Shown here: in pieces, positions 24,358 to 24,525 of the stretch | Position numbering within the stretch: position 1 is the first letter of the stretch | Layout of the letters: every line of letters begins with the position of its first letter | Virus record (IMG/VR): IMGVR_UViG_3300030330_002711 | Span: 1-24,525 of that record | DNA: 24,525 nucleotides | From: a virus | Taxonomy: Duplodnaviria > Caudoviricetes | Strand: one strand, 5' to 3' | Notes under the pieces: model-generated | Databases searched by the model: none | What the model saw: the letters and a program-made list of their open reading frames with translations, nothing else | What the model was told of the DNA's origin: nothing | Translations under genes and position numbers: made by a program

Positions 24358-24525
24358 ATGAAAATTACTGTTACCAATTTAATCAATCTTGATTCCAACA
24401 CTTTTATGAATGTTTCACCATTATGGGCGGTTTCATACTCTTATTGTGAAGAAAAAAATTTGCTTTCAGCGTTATTTGCAAGCAATCAAAAAGGTAAATT
24501 TCTAGAGTTTTCAGAATCTTTGCCC
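24358..24525 (+). CDS. Hypothetical protein, truncated by the window end
   Basis: AGGA SD, ATG 24358, frame open to the edge (MKITVTNLINLDSNTF…). Confidence 0.65.
   Translation, partial: MKITVTNLINLDSNTFMNVSPLWAVSYSYCEEKNLLSALFASNQKGKFLEFSESLP

Larger units (their letters stand above)
1..24525. mobile_element. Segment of a tailed dsDNA bacteriophage genome (podovirus-like, Gram-negative host)
   Basis: Continuous phage modules (lysis, tail/ejection, primase-helicase, Sak4-SSB, terS, small early ORFs), tightly coupled genes, no host housekeeping genes and no integrase in the window. Confidence 0.95.

Noticed and set aside
1-24525. Stop-codon reassignment or a prophage boundary
   Set aside because: Genes tile densely under the standard code with TAA, TAG and TGA all used as stops; no host genes, integrase or att site seen

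Overview
The whole window is a gene-dense, AT-rich segment of a tailed dsDNA phage. It is podovirus-like, and the spanin pair implies a Gram-negative host. From left to right it contains: (1) a lysis cassette of two spanins, an SNase nuclease and a GH24 lysozyme; (2) a tail-nozzle protein and four probable ejection proteins; (3) a convergent replication/recombination module with a PD-(D/E)XK nuclease, primase-polymerase/helicase, Cro-like HTH, Sak4, DUF669 SSB, a resolvase-like nuclease, DUF3310 and a RecE-like exonuclease; (4) a C5 DNA methyltransferase with four tandem TRD-like units; (5) a TGACAAAA iteron cluster, probably the origin; (6) terS with no adjacent terL; (7) a leftward operon of small acidic early-type genes whose junctions are repeated SD-stop-start blocks; (8) a GTCGGG-repeat region between divergent promoters. 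The most unusual signals are non-coding. One is a structured RNA after ssb with two anti-Shine-Dalgarno loops and a switchable terminator, directly upstream of a gene that appears to start at ATC. The other is a strand-polar GTCGGG motif written into terS in all three frames and concentrated in a G-quadruplex-capable array. All family calls come from motif recognition by eye; no searches were run.
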